A DNA stretch of 64,000 nt from an uncultured Gemmatimonadota bacterium (GCA_964518305.1 CAZFDK010000009.1:13754-77753), one strand, 5' to 3'. Shown: positions 1 to 10,609, counted from the first letter of the stretch. The notes: generated from the letters alone by a model not told the origin. A program made the numbers and translations.

Positions 1-63
1 CGCTGCCAGCGCGCGGTCTGAGCCGGGCTGGCGCCCGGGGCGCGCGCTGTCCGTTCGGCCGTC

Positions 64-1431
64 CTACTTCCCGATGCAGAAGCTGGAGAAGACCTCTCCG
101 AGGATCTCCTCCGTGTCCACGACGCCGAGCAGCTCCTCCAGGTGCCGGCCGGCTTCCTGGACGTGGGTCACGGCCACCTCCGGCGGCAGTCCGTCCCGCC
201 GCGCCTCACGGAAACGGATCACCTCCTCCCGGGCCGCCTCCAGCGCCCGGGCCTGCCGCCGCCGGGTGACCAGCGGCGTCTCGCCGCGGACGCGGACGCC
301 GCCGTAGACCCGTCCCGTGAGCCGCTCCCGCAGCTCCGGAAGGCCGGCTCCCGTGAGGGCGGAGACGCGGGTCCAGTCCAGTGTCTGCTCCAGTGTCTGC
401 GACGACGCCCCCGCTTCCCGGCCGCTCCCCGCCAGATCCCCCTTCGTCTTCACCGGCACGAGGCTTCCGTCTTCGGCCCGCTCCCGCAGGAATTCGCGCT
501 CCCCCGGCCCCAGCTCCCGACCGGCCTCGGCGCAGAACAGCACCAGGTCGGCCCGCTTCAGGTAGCCCCGGGCCACCTCGATGCCCACCCCCTCGATCCG
601 ATCAGCGTCCTCCCGCAGCCCGGCCGTGTCCGCCAGCCGGAAGGGGTAGCCGGAGAGGGAGACCACAGCCTCGATCGCGTCCCGGGTGGTGCCGGGCTCC
701 TCCGTGACGATGGCTCGCTCATCACCCAGCAACGCGTTGAACAGACTGGACTTGCCAACGTTGGGACGTCCGGCGACCACGGTGAGCGCCCCCTGCCGGA
801 GCATCTCGCCCTCCGGGGCGTGATCCAGCAGGACCCCGAGATCCTCCTCCAGGGCCGCTGCGGCCTCCTCCACCTCGGCTTGCTCCACCGGGCCGTCGTC
901 CTCCCCCGGGAAGTCGATGTCGTAGCTCACGAGCGCCCGCAGCCGGACCAGGCGCTCCCGGAGCTCCTCCACCCGGCCGGAGAGCCGCCCGCCCAGCTGC
1001 TCCACGGCGGCACGGTGGCCGGCCTCGGAGCTGGCGTCGATCAGGTCCTCGGTGGCCTCCACCTGGAGGAGGTCCATCCGGTCGTTCAGGAAGGCGCGGC
1101 GGGTGAACTCGCCCGGCTCGGCCTGGCGGGCACCGGCCTGCAGGACGGCGTCCTGGACCAGCTGGGGGGCCAGGGCGCCGCCGTGGCAGGAGATCTCGAG
1201 CACGTCCTCACCTGTGTACGACTCGGGCCCGGGGAAGAGGGTGGCCACGACCCGGTCCAGCACCTCTCCGTCGCCGGGGGCGGTGAGCTCGCGGACGGAG
1301 GCGTGCCGCGGCTCGAGGCCGTCCAACCCCAGCCGGCGGCCGATCTCCCGGGCCTCTCCCCCGCTAACCCGGATCACGGCCAGGCCGGCGCGGCCGGGGG
1401 CAGTGGCCACCGCGGCGACCGTGTCGTTCAT
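64..1431 (-). CDS. mnmE: tRNA modification GTPase MnmE (TrmE)
   Basis: [44 protein letters not shown]1 [19 protein letters not shown]-terminal [11 protein letters not shown] at 1431 overlaps the yidC stop. Confidence 0.97.
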   Translation of the reverse strand: MNDTVAAVATAPGRAGLAVIRVSGGEAREIGRRLGLDGLEPRHASVRELTAPGDGEVLDRVVATLFPGPESYTGEDVLEISCHGGALAPQLVQDAVLQAGARQAEPGEFTRRAFLNDRMDLLQVEATEDLIDASSEAGHRAAVEQLGGRLSGRVEELRERLVRLRALVSYDIDFPGEDDGPVEQAEVEEAAAALEEDLGVLLDHAPEGEMLRQGALTVVAGRPNVGKSSLFNALLGDERAIVTEEPGTTRDAIEAVVSLSGYPFRLADTAGLREDADRIEGVGIEVARGYLKRADLVLFCAEAGRELGPGEREFLRERAEDGSLVPVKTKGDLAGSGREAGASSQTLEQTLDWTRVSALTGAGLPELRERLTGRVYGGVRVRGETPLVTRRRQARALEAAREEVIRFREARRDGLPPEVAVTHVQEAGRHLEELLGVVDTEEILGEVFSSFCIGK

Positions 1432-3224
1432 CCCCCCTGCTGCTTCTTCCGCTTCTTGCGCTCCTTCGACAGGTAGAACTGCTGCGGCAGCGAGGCCAGG
1501 TTGCTGGTCGCGTAATACAGGTTCAGCCCCGCCGGGAAGTTGAAGAAGAGGACCGTCATCACCACGGGCATGGCGTAGGTCATGACCTTCATCTGGGTGC
1601 TCCGCTCCATGCCCCGCTGCCCGATGTACTGCATGAGGAACATGGACAGCCCCATGACCACGGGAATCACGTAGTAGGGGTCGGCCTGGGAGAGGTCCGA
1701 CAGCCACCAGAAGGGGACGCCGCGGAACTCGATCGTGTTCTTGAAGACGAAGAACAGGGTGATGAGAATCGGGAACGGCAGGAGCATCGGCAGACACCCG
1801 GCGAGCGGGTTGATGTCGTGCTCCTTGTACAGCTTCATCATCTCCTGCTGAAGCTTCTCCGGGTCGTCCTCGTACTTGTCCTGCAGCTTCTTCATCTTCG
1901 GCTGCACCTCCATCTGCGCCATCTGGGCGCGCATGGACTTCTGGTACAGCGGGAACAGGACCGCCCGGACCATGATCCCGAACAGGATCAGCACGTAGCC
2001 GTAGGCCAGGTTCAGGTTGGAGTGCATCCAGGTGAGGACCTCGGTGATCACCGAGACCAGGGGCCGCATCACCGGCTGGACCCAGCTCCAGCCGTAGGGG
2101 TTCACTCCGGTCATCTCCTGCCCCACCCGCGAGAGGCGGTCGAACTCCTGCGGGCCGGCGAAAACGCGGAACTCGAACGTGGTCTGACCGGCGGACACCG
2201 GCACCGCGGCCGTGAGCTCGGTGGCGTGCTCGGCCTGGACCCCCCGGGCCAGCAGGCCGCCGAACCCGCTGTCCTCGGGGCCGTCCACCATGCTCACCAC
2301 GAAGTACTTGTTCTTGACGGCCACCCACCGGAAGGGAGCGTTCTCGGCGGCGGTCGTGGAGCCGGCCTCGATGTCATTCAGGCTCTGGTCGCTGATCCCC
2401 TCCGAGCGGCTGTTCACCACGTAGGAGAGGTTGTTGAAATCGTCCTCGGCGTCAGCCTCGTTGGTCCGCAGACCGCGGCCCAGGGAGGTGAGGACGCTCC
2501 ACCCGCGCTCGGGAAAGTTCCGCAGGTGGCCGTTCACGTGGAACGCGTAGGAGTCCGGCTCGAAGACGTAGTCGACCTCGAAGGTCAGCCGGCTGTCCGG
2601 TATCGGATACGTGAACCGCAGGGTGTCCGGACCGGATCCGGAGGCGAGCTTCAGGGTCCGGGCCGAGGGCTCGAAGCTGCGCCCCGTGAGGTCCAGCGTG
2701 TCGCCGCCCACGGCCACCCGGAAACCCAGGAGACGGTCGCCCTCGCGGATGAGCTGCACCCGCTCGCCGGCGCTGTCGGCTTCGGCGTAGGAGGCGTACT
2801 GCATGAGGCGGGCGCCCACCAGCGTCGCCCCACGCGTACTGAACCGGTACTCGTACAGCGGACTGCTCACGGTGACGGTGTCGCCGGGCGGCGGGCCCTG
2901 GGGCTCCGCGGCGAAGGGGGATCGGCCGGCGGCGGCCGTGTCCCCGGTGTCGGCCTGTTGCGTCGCCTGCCGCGCGGTGTCCCGGCCGGTGGGGAACCCC
3001 TGGCCCTCCTGGCCCTCCCGAGCGGCGCTCTCCTCGGCGCCCCCGGCTTCGGCCGTTCCGGCCGGCGCGACTCCCGTGTCCGTCTCGCTCACGCGCGCCG
3101 TGTCGACCACGGTGTCGGTGCCGGTGCCCGCCTGCCGGGGCGCCTGCTCCGTCGGGAAGAGGAGGTTGGTGACCACGATCACGACGAGCGTGAGCACGAC
3201 CGCCAGGATCAGTCGCTTCTGCAT
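1428..3224 (-). CDS. yidC: Membrane protein insertase YidC
   Basis: N-terminal TM, large periplasmic domain, [28 protein letters not shown]; canonical rpmH-rnpA-yidD-yidC-mnmE synteny. Confidence 0.97.
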   Translation of the reverse strand: MQKRLILAVVLTLVVIVVTNLLFPTEQAPRQAGTGTDTVVDTARVSETDTGVAPAGTAEAGGAEESAAREGQEGQGFPTGRDTARQATQQADTGDTAAAGRSPFAAEPQGPPPGDTVTVSSPLYEYRFSTRGATLVGARLMQYASYAEADSAGERVQLIREGDRLLGFRVAVGGDTLDLTGRSFEPSARTLKLASGSGPDTLRFTYPIPDSRLTFEVDYVFEPDSYAFHVNGHLRNFPERGWSVLTSLGRGLRTNEADAEDDFNNLSYVVNSRSEGISDQSLNDIEAGSTTAAENAPFRWVAVKNKYFVVSMVDGPEDSGFGGLLARGVQAEHATELTAAVPVSAGQTTFEFRVFAGPQEFDRLSRVGQEMTGVNPYGWSWVQPVMRPLVSVITEVLTWMHSNLNLAYGYVLILFGIMVRAVLFPLYQKSMRAQMAQMEVQPKMKKLQDKYEDDPEKLQQEMMKLYKEHDINPLAGCLPMLLPFPILITLFFVFKNTIEFRGVPFWWLSDLSQADPYYVIPVVMGLSMFLMQYIGQRGMERSTQMKVMTYAMPVVMTVLFFNFPAGLNLYYATSNLASLPQQFYLSKERKKRKKQQGG

Positions 3225-3303
3225 CTATGCGTCAGGGCTCTGGATTCGGTAGTCAGGAGAAAACATCACGGCTCCGGCGGGGCGAGCTCCCGCACGGCGA
3301 CCT

Positions 3304-3687
3304 TCAGCGACCGGCTCGAGCGTCCGGGTCGGTCCCGTTGGAGCCGTCCGTCGGGGAGGGACGGTCTTCGTCCGATTCCGGGACCGGGTCGTAGCCGCGC
3401 CCTCCCAGGGGGTGACACCGCAGCACACGCCGTACCGCCAGCCATCCGCCCCTCCAGGATCCGTGACGCTCCACGGCCTCCCGGGCATACTCGGAGCAGG
3501 TGGGCACGTACCGGCACGCCGAGGGCCTCAGCGGCGAGATGGCCGCCTGGTAGAAGCGGATGACCGCCAGAACGATTCGTCGGATCAAAGTTCGGGCTGC
3601 GCGAGCAGGAGCGGGACGGCCGCGAAGCCGCATACACCGTGAGTGCACTCCAGGGTGCCGATCGGCTACCGGCGGGCGGGGGCTCAC
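3304..3687 (-). CDS. yidD: Membrane protein insertion efficiency factor YidD (start uncertain: 3687, 3633 or 3588)
   Basis: [45 protein letters not shown]. Confidence 0.92.
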   Translation of the reverse strand: MSPRPPVADRHPGVHSRCMRLRGRPAPARAARTLIRRIVLAVIRFYQAAISPLRPSACRYVPTCSEYAREAVERHGSWRGGWLAVRRVLRCHPLGGRGYDPVPESDEDRPSPTDGSNGTDPDARAGR

Positions 3688-4046
3688 AGCTCGTCCAGGG
3701 CGCCGAGAACGGCCTCCCGGAGCTCGGCGAAGTCACAGCCGTAGGCCGCCGGCCGGGCCCGAAGCAGCACATCCACTTCGCGCCGCTCCTCCCAGGCGCC
3801 GGAGAGCCAATCACGCCGGCCGATCTCGCGCAGCCGGCGCTGGACGCGATTCCGGGCCACCGCCGTATGGCCATACAGCGGGACCACCACGCCGAGCCTC
3901 GGTCGGCCAGCAGGGGACGCGGCCGCGAAGACGTCCACGGGCCCCGTCCGCCGGCGCCGCCCCTCCCGGAGGACGCGGCGAATGGCGCGCCCGCTGGTGA
4001 TCCGCGCCTCTCGCGGATACCGCTCCCCGGCGCCGGATCCGCTCAC
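3684..4046 (-). CDS. rnpA: Ribonuclease P protein component (start approximate)
   Basis: RLGVVV...[16 protein letters not shown] motif; lies between rpmH and yidD. Confidence 0.9.
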   Translation of the reverse strand: MSGSGAGERYPREARITSGRAIRRVLREGRRRRTGPVDVFAAASPAGRPRLGVVVPLYGHTAVARNRVQRRLREIGRRDWLSGAWEERREVDVLLRARPAAYGCDFAELREAVLGALDEL

Positions 4047-4126
4047 GGCGAGAGAGGCCAGAGACGTCGGCCGCTCCGCGGGATCCAGCCCCGCACGGAC
4101 GGGCCCCGGCGGTCCGGGTCCGTCGG

Positions 4127-4297
4127 CTACCGCCGTCGCTTCTCGTCCCGCCGCTCCTCGCTCACCGACAGCCTGGAACGGCCCTTCCGGCAGCGGGCGA
4201 TGGTGCAGCGCCCGGCGCGAGTCCTCGTCCGCGCCCTGAACCCGTGGGTCCGGGCACGCTTCTTTCGGCTGCGCCTGGGGGTGGTGTTCTGCGTCAT
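4127..4297 (-). CDS. rpmH: 50S ribosomal protein L34 (divergent sequence)
   Basis: 56 aa, very basic, RARTHGFRAR..GR...KGR.RL; divergent from dnaA. Confidence 0.85.
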   Translation of the reverse strand: MTQNTTPRRSRKKRARTHGFRARTRTRAGRCTIARCRKGRSRLSVSEERRDEKRRR

Positions 4298-4392
4298 CGT
4301 AGGTACCGTCGTTTCGGAATCCCGGGCGGTCGGACGACCGCCCGTCGACCGAATCCGGACGAACGCGCTCCGATCTCGCCGGCCGAGACCGC

Positions 4393-4421
4393 AGAATACC
4401 CCGAACACCCCGATTCGTCAA
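4393..4421 (-). promoter_or_regulatory. Sigma-70-type promoter for the rpmH operon
   Basis: Minus strand TTGACG-N17-TATTCT. Confidence 0.65.
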
Positions 4422-4479
4422 AGATCCTGAGCCGGATGACCCCCGGGATCCGGGCCGAGGACGGCGACGGGAAATCTCG

Positions 4480-4509
4480 TTGACAGCCCCCCGGCGCCCG
4501 ATCTAGTAT
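4480..4509 (+). promoter_or_regulatory. Sigma-70-type promoter for dnaA
   Basis: TTGACA-N18-TAGTAT about 70 nt upstream of the dnaA ATG. Confidence 0.7.
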
Positions 4510-4576
4510 GCACGGCCCTTCCGGCATCCGCCGAATTGCCCGAGACCGACCCATGTGACCCCGAACCCGGCTGGGG

Positions 4577-5962
4577 ATGGAACTGACCGCCGACGAGCTC
4601 TGGTCGCGCATCAGCGACGCAGCACGGGACGTGCTCCCGGAGCAGACCTTCCGCACCTGGCTCTCCTCCGCCGAGGCCGTCACGCTCTCCGATGACGGGA
4701 CCCTCGTCGTCGGTGCTCCCACCAAGTTCGCCGTCGAGTGGATCGAGGATAAGTACGGTTCCCTGCTCGCCGAGCTGGCGGAGAAGGAAGCCGGACGCGC
4801 CGTCAGCCTGAGCTTCGAGCACAGGGGCGACGGCGACGCCATCGAGTTTCCGGAGATCGGCGGCGAGGACGACGGCGGGAGCCCCGCCCGGGCCAAAGAG
4901 ACGCCGGAGACCCCTTCCGAGGAAACGGACGCCGGCGAGGTCGGCCTGAACGAGCGATACACCTTCGACCGGTTCGTCATCGGCTCCAACAACCAGCTCG
5001 CGGCGGCCGCCTGCCAGCGGGTGGCCGACGCCCCGGCACAGGCTTACAACCCGCTCTTCATCTACGGGGACACGGGACTCGGCAAGACTCACCTGATGCA
5101 CGCCATCGGACACGCGATCCTGGAGCGGGAGCCGGACCGGCGGGTGGCCTACATCCCGTCGGAGAGGTTCACGAACGAGATGATCGCCGCCATCCAGAGC
5201 GGCCGAACGGCGCAGTTCCGGCAACGATACCGGCAGATCGACGTGCTCCTGGTGGACGACGTCCACTTCCTTGGCAACAAGGAGGGCACCCAGGAGGAGT
5301 TCTTCCACACCTTCAACTCGCTCTACGACGCCCACAAGCAGATCGTCATCACCAGCGAACGGGCGCCGCAGGAGATCCCCGGCCTCCAGGAGCGCCTGGT
5401 CTCGCGCTTCGAGCGGGGGCTGGTCACCGACATCAAGCCGCCGGACTTCGAGACCCGGGTGGCGATCCTCCAGAAGAAGGCCGTGGAGGACAATCTCACG
5501 ATCGACGACTCGGTGATCACCTACATCGCCCGGAACCGGAAGACCTCAGTGCGACAGCTCGAAGGCGCCCTGATCAAGCTCCTGGCCTACAGTTCGCTCA
5601 CCAGGCGGGAGATCAACCTGGAGCTGGCGCGGGAGGCCCTCGGACAGGACGAGGAGGAGGAGGCGGAGGAGACGCTGCCCTCGGCCGAGGAGATCAGGGA
5701 GCGGACGGCCGAGCGCTGGGACGTCTCGGTGGAGGGGCTGACCTCGAAGCGGCGGACCCGAAACCTGACGGTCCCCCGGCAGGTAGCCATGTACCTGATC
5801 AAGAACCTCCTGGATCTTCCGTATACGAAGATCGGCGAACTCTTCGGCGATCGCGACCATTCCACCGTCATCCACTCGGTGAACAAGGTGGAGGCCGACA
5901 TGGCCAGCGACGCCGAGTTCCGGAACCGGGTCCGGAGCCTCCAGGAGGAGCTTTCCGGATGA
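4577..5962 (+). CDS. dnaA: Chromosomal replication initiator DnaA
   Basis: YTFDRFVIG, YNPLFIYG.TGLGKTHL Walker A, LLVDDVHF, QEEFFHTFN, RDHSTVIH. Confidence 0.99.
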   Translation: MELTADELWSRISDAARDVLPEQTFRTWLSSAEAVTLSDDGTLVVGAPTKFAVEWIEDKYGSLLAELAEKEAGRAVSLSFEHRGDGDAIEFPEIGGEDDGGSPARAKETPETPSEETDAGEVGLNERYTFDRFVIGSNNQLAAAACQRVADAPAQAYNPLFIYGDTGLGKTHLMHAIGHAILEREPDRRVAYIPSERFTNEMIAAIQSGRTAQFRQRYRQIDVLLVDDVHFLGNKEGTQEEFFHTFNSLYDAHKQIVITSERAPQEIPGLQERLVSRFERGLVTDIKPPDFETRVAILQKKAVEDNLTIDDSVITYIARNRKTSVRQLEGALIKLLAYSSLTRREINLELAREALGQDEEEEAEETLPSAEEIRERTAERWDVSVEGLTSKRRTRNLTVPRQVAMYLIKNLLDLPYTKIGELFGDRDHSTVIHSVNKVEADMASDAEFRNRVRSLQEELSG

Positions 5963-6240
5963 CGGGGAAAGCCGTGTTGAGAGCATGTTGAAGAAGGACC
6001 CGGATTGAGCCACGGGTCCCGGCGTCGTGGATCGGTGTGGAGGGCGAGGAAGCTTTCCCCATCGTATTCACACGAGACAGAACGCTCAGGACCCACTGGC
6101 GGAGGGGCTGACCGGAGGGTAAGCGTCCGTTTTTCCACATCTCAACCCTCCCTACTGTTACGACTTGAGTTATACAATTACGAAGAGTTCTAACTGAACC
6201 ATCGGGAAAACCCGATTCGGTCCACCAGAAGAGGAACGGG
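5963..6240. other. Replication origin oriC (dnaA-dnaN intergenic)
   Basis: Locally AT-richer. DnaA-box-like 9-mers TTTTCCACA (6131-6139) and GTATTCACA (6064-6072) plus degenerate copies; DnaA-trio-like CTA CTG TTA CGA CTT at about 6152-6166, then an AT-rich tract. Confidence 0.8.
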
Positions 6241-7344
6241 ATGAAACTCTCAATCACGCGCGACAACCTGCAGCAGGGACTCGGGGCCGTCACCGGAACG
6301 ATCCCCAGCAAGACGACCCTGCCGGTCCTCTCGAACATCCTCCTCCGGGCCGGGGACGATCAGCTGGAGCTGAGCGGGACGGACCTGGACATCTCGGCCT
6401 CGGTCAGCGTCCCTGCCGACGTGGAGACGGAAGGGGCCGTCACGGCGCCGGCGCGGAAGCTTGACGACATCGCCCGGGAGCTGGCCGAGGCGCCGGTCCA
6501 TCTCTCGGCCGACGGCGAGAAGATCGAGCTGGAGTGCGGGAAGAGCCACTTCAAGCTCTTCGGGCTACCGGAGGACGAGTTCCCTGCCTTCCCGGAGGTC
6601 GACTTCGATGAGAGCTGGCACATGGAGGCCGGCCGCCTGCACGAGCTCATCGAGCGCACCTCCTTTGCCGTCTCCACCGAGGAGAGCCGCCCCATCCTGA
6701 ACGGCGTGCTGTGGCAGCTCCGCTCCGATCACACCTCGATGGTGGCCACCAACGGCCATCGCCTGGCGATGATGACGGCGGACCTCGAGGACGTGACCGC
6801 CCCGGAGGCCGATCTGATCGTACCGCCGAAGGCGCTGGACCAGGTGGAGAATCTCTTCGACGACGACGAGGAGATCGAGGTCGCCCGCTCGGAGAACCAC
6901 CTCGGGTTCCGCTCCGACCAGCGTGTCGTGTTCACCCGCCTGATCGAGGGACCGTATCCCAACTACAACCAGGTCATCCCCGACGACAACGACATGATCG
7001 CGACGGCGAACCGGGACGCCCTGGAGCAGGCGATTCGCCGGATGGCCGTGGTGGCCAGCGACCAGACGCACCGGGTGCGGATGGAGTTCCGCTCCGACGT
7101 GGTCCACTTCCGTGTCCAGACGCCGGATCTGGGAGAGGGGGAGGACGAGCTCGCCGTGGACTACGACGGCGAGGACCTGGAGATCGGCTTCAACGCCAAC
7201 TACCTGCTGGAGATCCTCCGCAACATGCCGGACGAAGACGTGAAGATGAGCTTCAAGGCTCCGGAGCGGGCGGCCACCTTCGAGCCCGCCAGCGGCGATC
7301 AGGACTATCTGTGCCTGGTCATGCCGCTCAGGCTCCTGGACTGA
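6241..7344 (+). CDS. dnaN: DNA polymerase III beta sliding clamp
   Basis: TTLPVLSNILL, GTDLDIS, SRPILNGV, VATNGHRLA, RLIEGPYPNY, IGFNANYL, C-terminal LVMPLRL. Confidence 0.99.
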   Translation: MKLSITRDNLQQGLGAVTGTIPSKTTLPVLSNILLRAGDDQLELSGTDLDISASVSVPADVETEGAVTAPARKLDDIARELAEAPVHLSADGEKIELECGKSHFKLFGLPEDEFPAFPEVDFDESWHMEAGRLHELIERTSFAVSTEESRPILNGVLWQLRSDHTSMVATNGHRLAMMTADLEDVTAPEADLIVPPKALDQVENLFDDDEEIEVARSENHLGFRSDQRVVFTRLIEGPYPNYNQVIPDDNDMIATANRDALEQAIRRMAVVASDQTHRVRMEFRSDVVHFRVQTPDLGEGEDELAVDYDGEDLEIGFNANYLLEILRNMPDEDVKMSFKAPERAATFEPASGDQDYLCLVMPLRLLD

Positions 7345-7378
7345 ATTCGGTTCGGCAGGAGCGGCGCGGGGCGACGCT

Positions 7379-7789
7379 TCACTCGCCCCGGTACTCGGAC
7401 CACAGGTCGCGGTCCTCGCGGACGCGGACCTTCACCAGCTCACAGCCGTCCGGGAGATTCGGGCGGATACGATTCCAGACCACCCTCGCCAGGGCCTCGG
7501 TGGTGGGGAGACCGCCCTCCTCGAACTCCGGCAGGTCGTTCAGGAAGGCGTGATCCATGGGTTCCCGCACCCGATCCTCCAGGAGCCGGTCCAGGCCGGC
7601 CAGATCCACGACCATGCCGGTCTCCTCGTCGATCCGCCCGGCCACGGTCACCTCGCACCGCCACTGGTGGCCGTGGGGCGTGGCGGACGTCCCGAAGCGT
7701 CGCCGGCTCGCTTCTTCGCTCTGGCCGGGGAGCAGGTAGCGATGCCCGGCGGGAAACTCGACGGCTCGGGTCAGGCGGGCTCGCGACAC
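7379..7789 (-). CDS. 6-pyruvoyl-tetrahydropterin synthase / QueD family protein
   Basis: F.AGHR, HGH, GMVVDL, DHAFLND, PTTE T-fold motifs. Confidence 0.85.
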   Translation of the reverse strand: MSRARLTRAVEFPAGHRYLLPGQSEEASRRRFGTSATPHGHQWRCEVTVAGRIDEETGMVVDLAGLDRLLEDRVREPMDHAFLNDLPEFEEGGLPTTEALARVVWNRIRPNLPDGCELVKVRVREDRDLWSEYRGE

Positions 7790-7843
7790 GGGCGGCTCCT
7801 TCCGACCGATTCGAACTCAGATTGACATCAGACTCCTGATGCC

Positions 7844-10003
7844 ATGGCCAAGATAGAGACCGGAACGTCGGCGGACGAACGAAGTGTCACTCCTGGGCCG
7901 GCATCACTGGATCGCGTGCTGCGACCGGACTCCGTGGCGGTGATCGGCGCCAGCCGGCGGCGGGAGACCATCGGCCAGCAGATCCTGGACAACGTCCTGG
8001 AACACGGCTACACCGGTCCGGTCTATCCGGTGAATCCGAATGCCCGCTCCGTCCACTCCGTCCGTGCGTACGACTCGGTGGCGAATCTCCCGGAGACCCC
8101 CGACCTGGCGGTTATCGTGGTCCCGAAGGAAGGGGTGGTCCCGGTGGTCGAGGAGTGCGCCGAAGCCGGGGTTGGCGGAGTGGTGGTGATCACCGCTGGC
8201 TTTCGGGAGGTCGGCGGGGAGGGCGTGGAGCGGGAGGAAGAGCTCACCCGCATCGTCCGGGAGAGCGGCATGCGGATGGTGGGTCCCAACTGCATGGGCG
8301 TGATCAACGCATCTCCGGACATCTCCCTGAACGCCACTTTCGCCCCCACGATGCCGCCGCGGGGCCGCATCGCCATGATGAGCCAGTCCGGTGCCATGGG
8401 GGTGACGATCCTGGACTACGCCGCCGAGTACGGGATCGGCGTCAGCCAGTTCGTCTCCGTGGGCAACAAGCCCGATGTCTCGGGCAACGACCTGCTCGAG
8501 TACTGGCGCGAGGACGACGAGGTGGGGGTCGTTCTCATGTACCTGGAGAACTTCGGCAACCCCAGGCGGTTCACCCGCATCGCCCGGGAGGTGACGCGAG
8601 ACAAGCCGGTGCTGGCGGTGAAGGCGGGACGGAGCTCCGCAGGAGCCCGGGCCGCCAGCAGCCACACCGGGGCCCTCACCGCCGCCGACGTCGCCACCGA
8701 CGCTCTGTTCGCCCAGTGCGGCGTGCTCCGCGTGGACACCGTGGAAGAGCTCTTCGCCACGGCGATGGCCTTCGGCAACGCGCCCCTGCCCGACGGGCCG
8801 AACGTGGCCGTCGTGACCAACGCCGGTGGGCCGGGAATCATAATCGCGGACGCCTGCGAGTCCCGGGGGCTCGAGGTCCCCTCCCTCTCCGACGAGACGC
8901 GGGAGAGGCTGGAGTCGCGGCTGCCGGAGGAAGCCAGCGTGGCCAACCCGGTGGACATGATCGCCAGTGCCACGGCCGACGACTACCGGAACGCCCTCGA
9001 GGTGGTGCTGGACGATCCCGGCGTGGACGCTGTGATCGCCGCCTTCGTGCCGCCCATGGGCATCGAGGCCGAAGACGTCTCGCGTGCCATCCGGGGCGTG
9101 GCGGAGGGACACGGCAAACCGGTGATGGCGGTACTCATGGGCCGGGAGGGGCTTCCGCAGGGAATGGCGGAGCTGCGCGAAGCCGACATCCCGGGCTACA
9201 TCTTCCCGGAGTCCGCCGCCCGGGCGCTGTCGGCCATGAACCGCTACCGCCGCTGGCGGGAGCGTCCCGAAGGAGGCGTAGCCGAGTTCGACGTGGGCCG
9301 GGACCGGGCAGAGGACGTGATCGCCGGTGCGGCGCGGGAAGGCCGGGAGTGGCTCACCGAGATGGAGGCCTTCGACCTGCTGGAGTGCTACGGAATCCCC
9401 GTGGCCCGGAGGTCCCTGGCCCGGAGTCCGGGCGACGCGGTGGCCGCCGCCGACGAGATCGGCTACCCGGTGGTGCTCAAGGCCGTGGCCCCGTCGATCG
9501 TCCACAAGACCGAGGTGGGAGGGGTGGAGCTGGAGCTGGAGACCGTCGAGGAGGTCAGGCGGGCCTTCGAGCGGATCGTCGATTCGGTGCGCAGCCACCA
9601 GGAAGAGGCGGCGCTGGACGGCGTGCTGGTGCAGGAGATGGTCTCCGGTGGGCGGGAGACCATCGTCGGGAGCACGGAGGAGCCGAGCTTCGGACCGCTG
9701 GTCATGTTCGGCCTCGGCGGCATCTACGTGGAGGCCCTTCGCGACGTGACCTTCCGCATCCAGCCGGTGACGGACGTCGACGCGCGTGAGATGGTCCGGG
9801 ACATCCGCGGTCTTCCCCTGCTGGAGGGCGTCCGCGGCGCCGAGAGCGTCGACCTGGACCGGCTGGCGGAGGTCATACAGCGAGTGAGTCAGCTGGTCGG
9901 TGAGCACAGGGAGATCCAGGAGATGGACATCAACCCGTTCCTTGCGTTTCCCGACGGCGACCGGTGCGTGGCCGTGGACGCTCGCGTGCGACTCCAGATC
10001 TGA
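7844..10003 (+). CDS. Acetate/acyl-CoA ligase (NDP-forming), fused alpha-beta
   Basis: VAVIGAS, GPNCMG, SQSGA, ASSHTGAL (phospho-His), TNAGGPG, NPVDM, ATP-grasp HKTEVGGV, EMDINP. Confidence 0.93.
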   Translation: MAKIETGTSADERSVTPGPASLDRVLRPDSVAVIGASRRRETIGQQILDNVLEHGYTGPVYPVNPNARSVHSVRAYDSVANLPETPDLAVIVVPKEGVVPVVEECAEAGVGGVVVITAGFREVGGEGVEREEELTRIVRESGMRMVGPNCMGVINASPDISLNATFAPTMPPRGRIAMMSQSGAMGVTILDYAAEYGIGVSQFVSVGNKPDVSGNDLLEYWREDDEVGVVLMYLENFGNPRRFTRIAREVTRDKPVLAVKAGRSSAGARAASSHTGALTAADVATDALFAQCGVLRVDTVEELFATAMAFGNAPLPDGPNVAVVTNAGGPGIIIADACESRGLEVPSLSDETRERLESRLPEEASVANPVDMIASATADDYRNALEVVLDDPGVDAVIAAFVPPMGIEAEDVSRAIRGVAEGHGKPVMAVLMGREGLPQGMAELREADIPGYIFPESAARALSAMNRYRRWRERPEGGVAEFDVGRDRAEDVIAGAAREGREWLTEMEAFDLLECYGIPVARRSLARSPGDAVAAADEIGYPVVLKAVAPSIVHKTEVGGVELELETVEEVRRAFERIVDSVRSHQEEAALDGVLVQEMVSGGRETIVGSTEEPSFGPLVMFGLGGIYVEALRDVTFRIQPVTDVDAREMVRDIRGLPLLEGVRGAESVDLDRLAEVIQRVSQLVGEHREIQEMDINPFLAFPDGDRCVAVDARVRLQI

Positions 10004-10114
10004 ACCCCGACCCTCTGGGGCCCGTCCGCCCGTTCCGGGATGGCGCAGATGTTGCGCTCGACCCGCAACGGACGACACCCACGCTCTTCCCCCGACATCG
10101 GAGGGGAAGAAAGG

Positions 10115-10609
10115 ATGAGGAGACGACAACGGTTCCCCGCCATGGGCAGTCAGGGACAGAATCGCCCCCCCGGTCAGCGGACCGACGGAGCCCGGAACCC
10201 GGGTCCGGCGGAAGGGCCTGCGGACGGGCCCGACCGCGAGGGCGGTCAGGGGCGTATCCTCGTGGTCGACGACAACGAAGACTGCCGCGTGGCGCTGAAG
10301 ACCTTCCTGGAGGCATCCGGATACTCGGTGGCGGAGGCCGCTGACGGGGAGCAGGCCGTGGATCGCGCTCGGGAGACCGACCCGGACCTCATCCTCCTGG
10401 ACATCATGATGCCGGGGGTCGACGGACTCGAAGCCGCCCGCCGCATCCGGCGTGCCTCCGATGTCGACGGCGCGATGATCGTGGCCATAAGCGCCATGGA
10501 GGGCGCCGAGAAGGCCAGCCGCGCCGCCGGCTGCGACGCCTGCGTCACCAAGCCCCTGGACATGGCCGAGTTCTCATCCCGCGTCGGACGCTGGCTGGAG
10601 GACGAGTGA
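10115..10609 (+). CDS. Single-domain response regulator (CheY/DivK-like); start uncertain (10115 or 10142)
   Basis: ILVVDDN, PDLILLDIMMPGVDG, AISA, TKP receiver motifs. Confidence 0.9.
   Translation: MRRRQRFPAMGSQGQNRPPGQRTDGARNPGPAEGPADGPDREGGQGRILVVDDNEDCRVALKTFLEASGYSVAEAADGEQAVDRARETDPDLILLDIMMPGVDGLEAARRIRRASDVDGAMIVAISAMEGAEKASRAAGCDACVTKPLDMAEFSSRVGRWLEDE

Noticed and set aside
378-400. 12-bp tandem duplication CCAGTGTCTGCT in mnmE
   Set aside because: In-frame micro-duplication (QTLEQTL) in a variable loop; no wider repeat structure.
64-2328. 754-aa ORF suggesting an N-terminally extended MnmE
   Set aside because: The extension is an alternative frame over yidC; the real start is the ATG at 1431 overlapping the yidC stop.
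5404-5421. DnaA RFERGL instead of the usual RFEWGL
   Set aside because: A single substitution (CGG versus TGG) that could be natural variation or a base error; not interpretable alone.
7345-7378. Absence of recF/gyrB after dnaN and of jag between yidC and mnmE
   Set aside because: Common lineage-level rearrangements; not evidence of a novel system.
7904-10129. Long antisense and alternative-frame ORFs (also 40620-43562, 30310-32112, 42988-45420, 54565-57147)
   Set aside because: Shadow ORFs typical of high-GC DNA, overlapping well-supported genes and lacking recognisable motifs.
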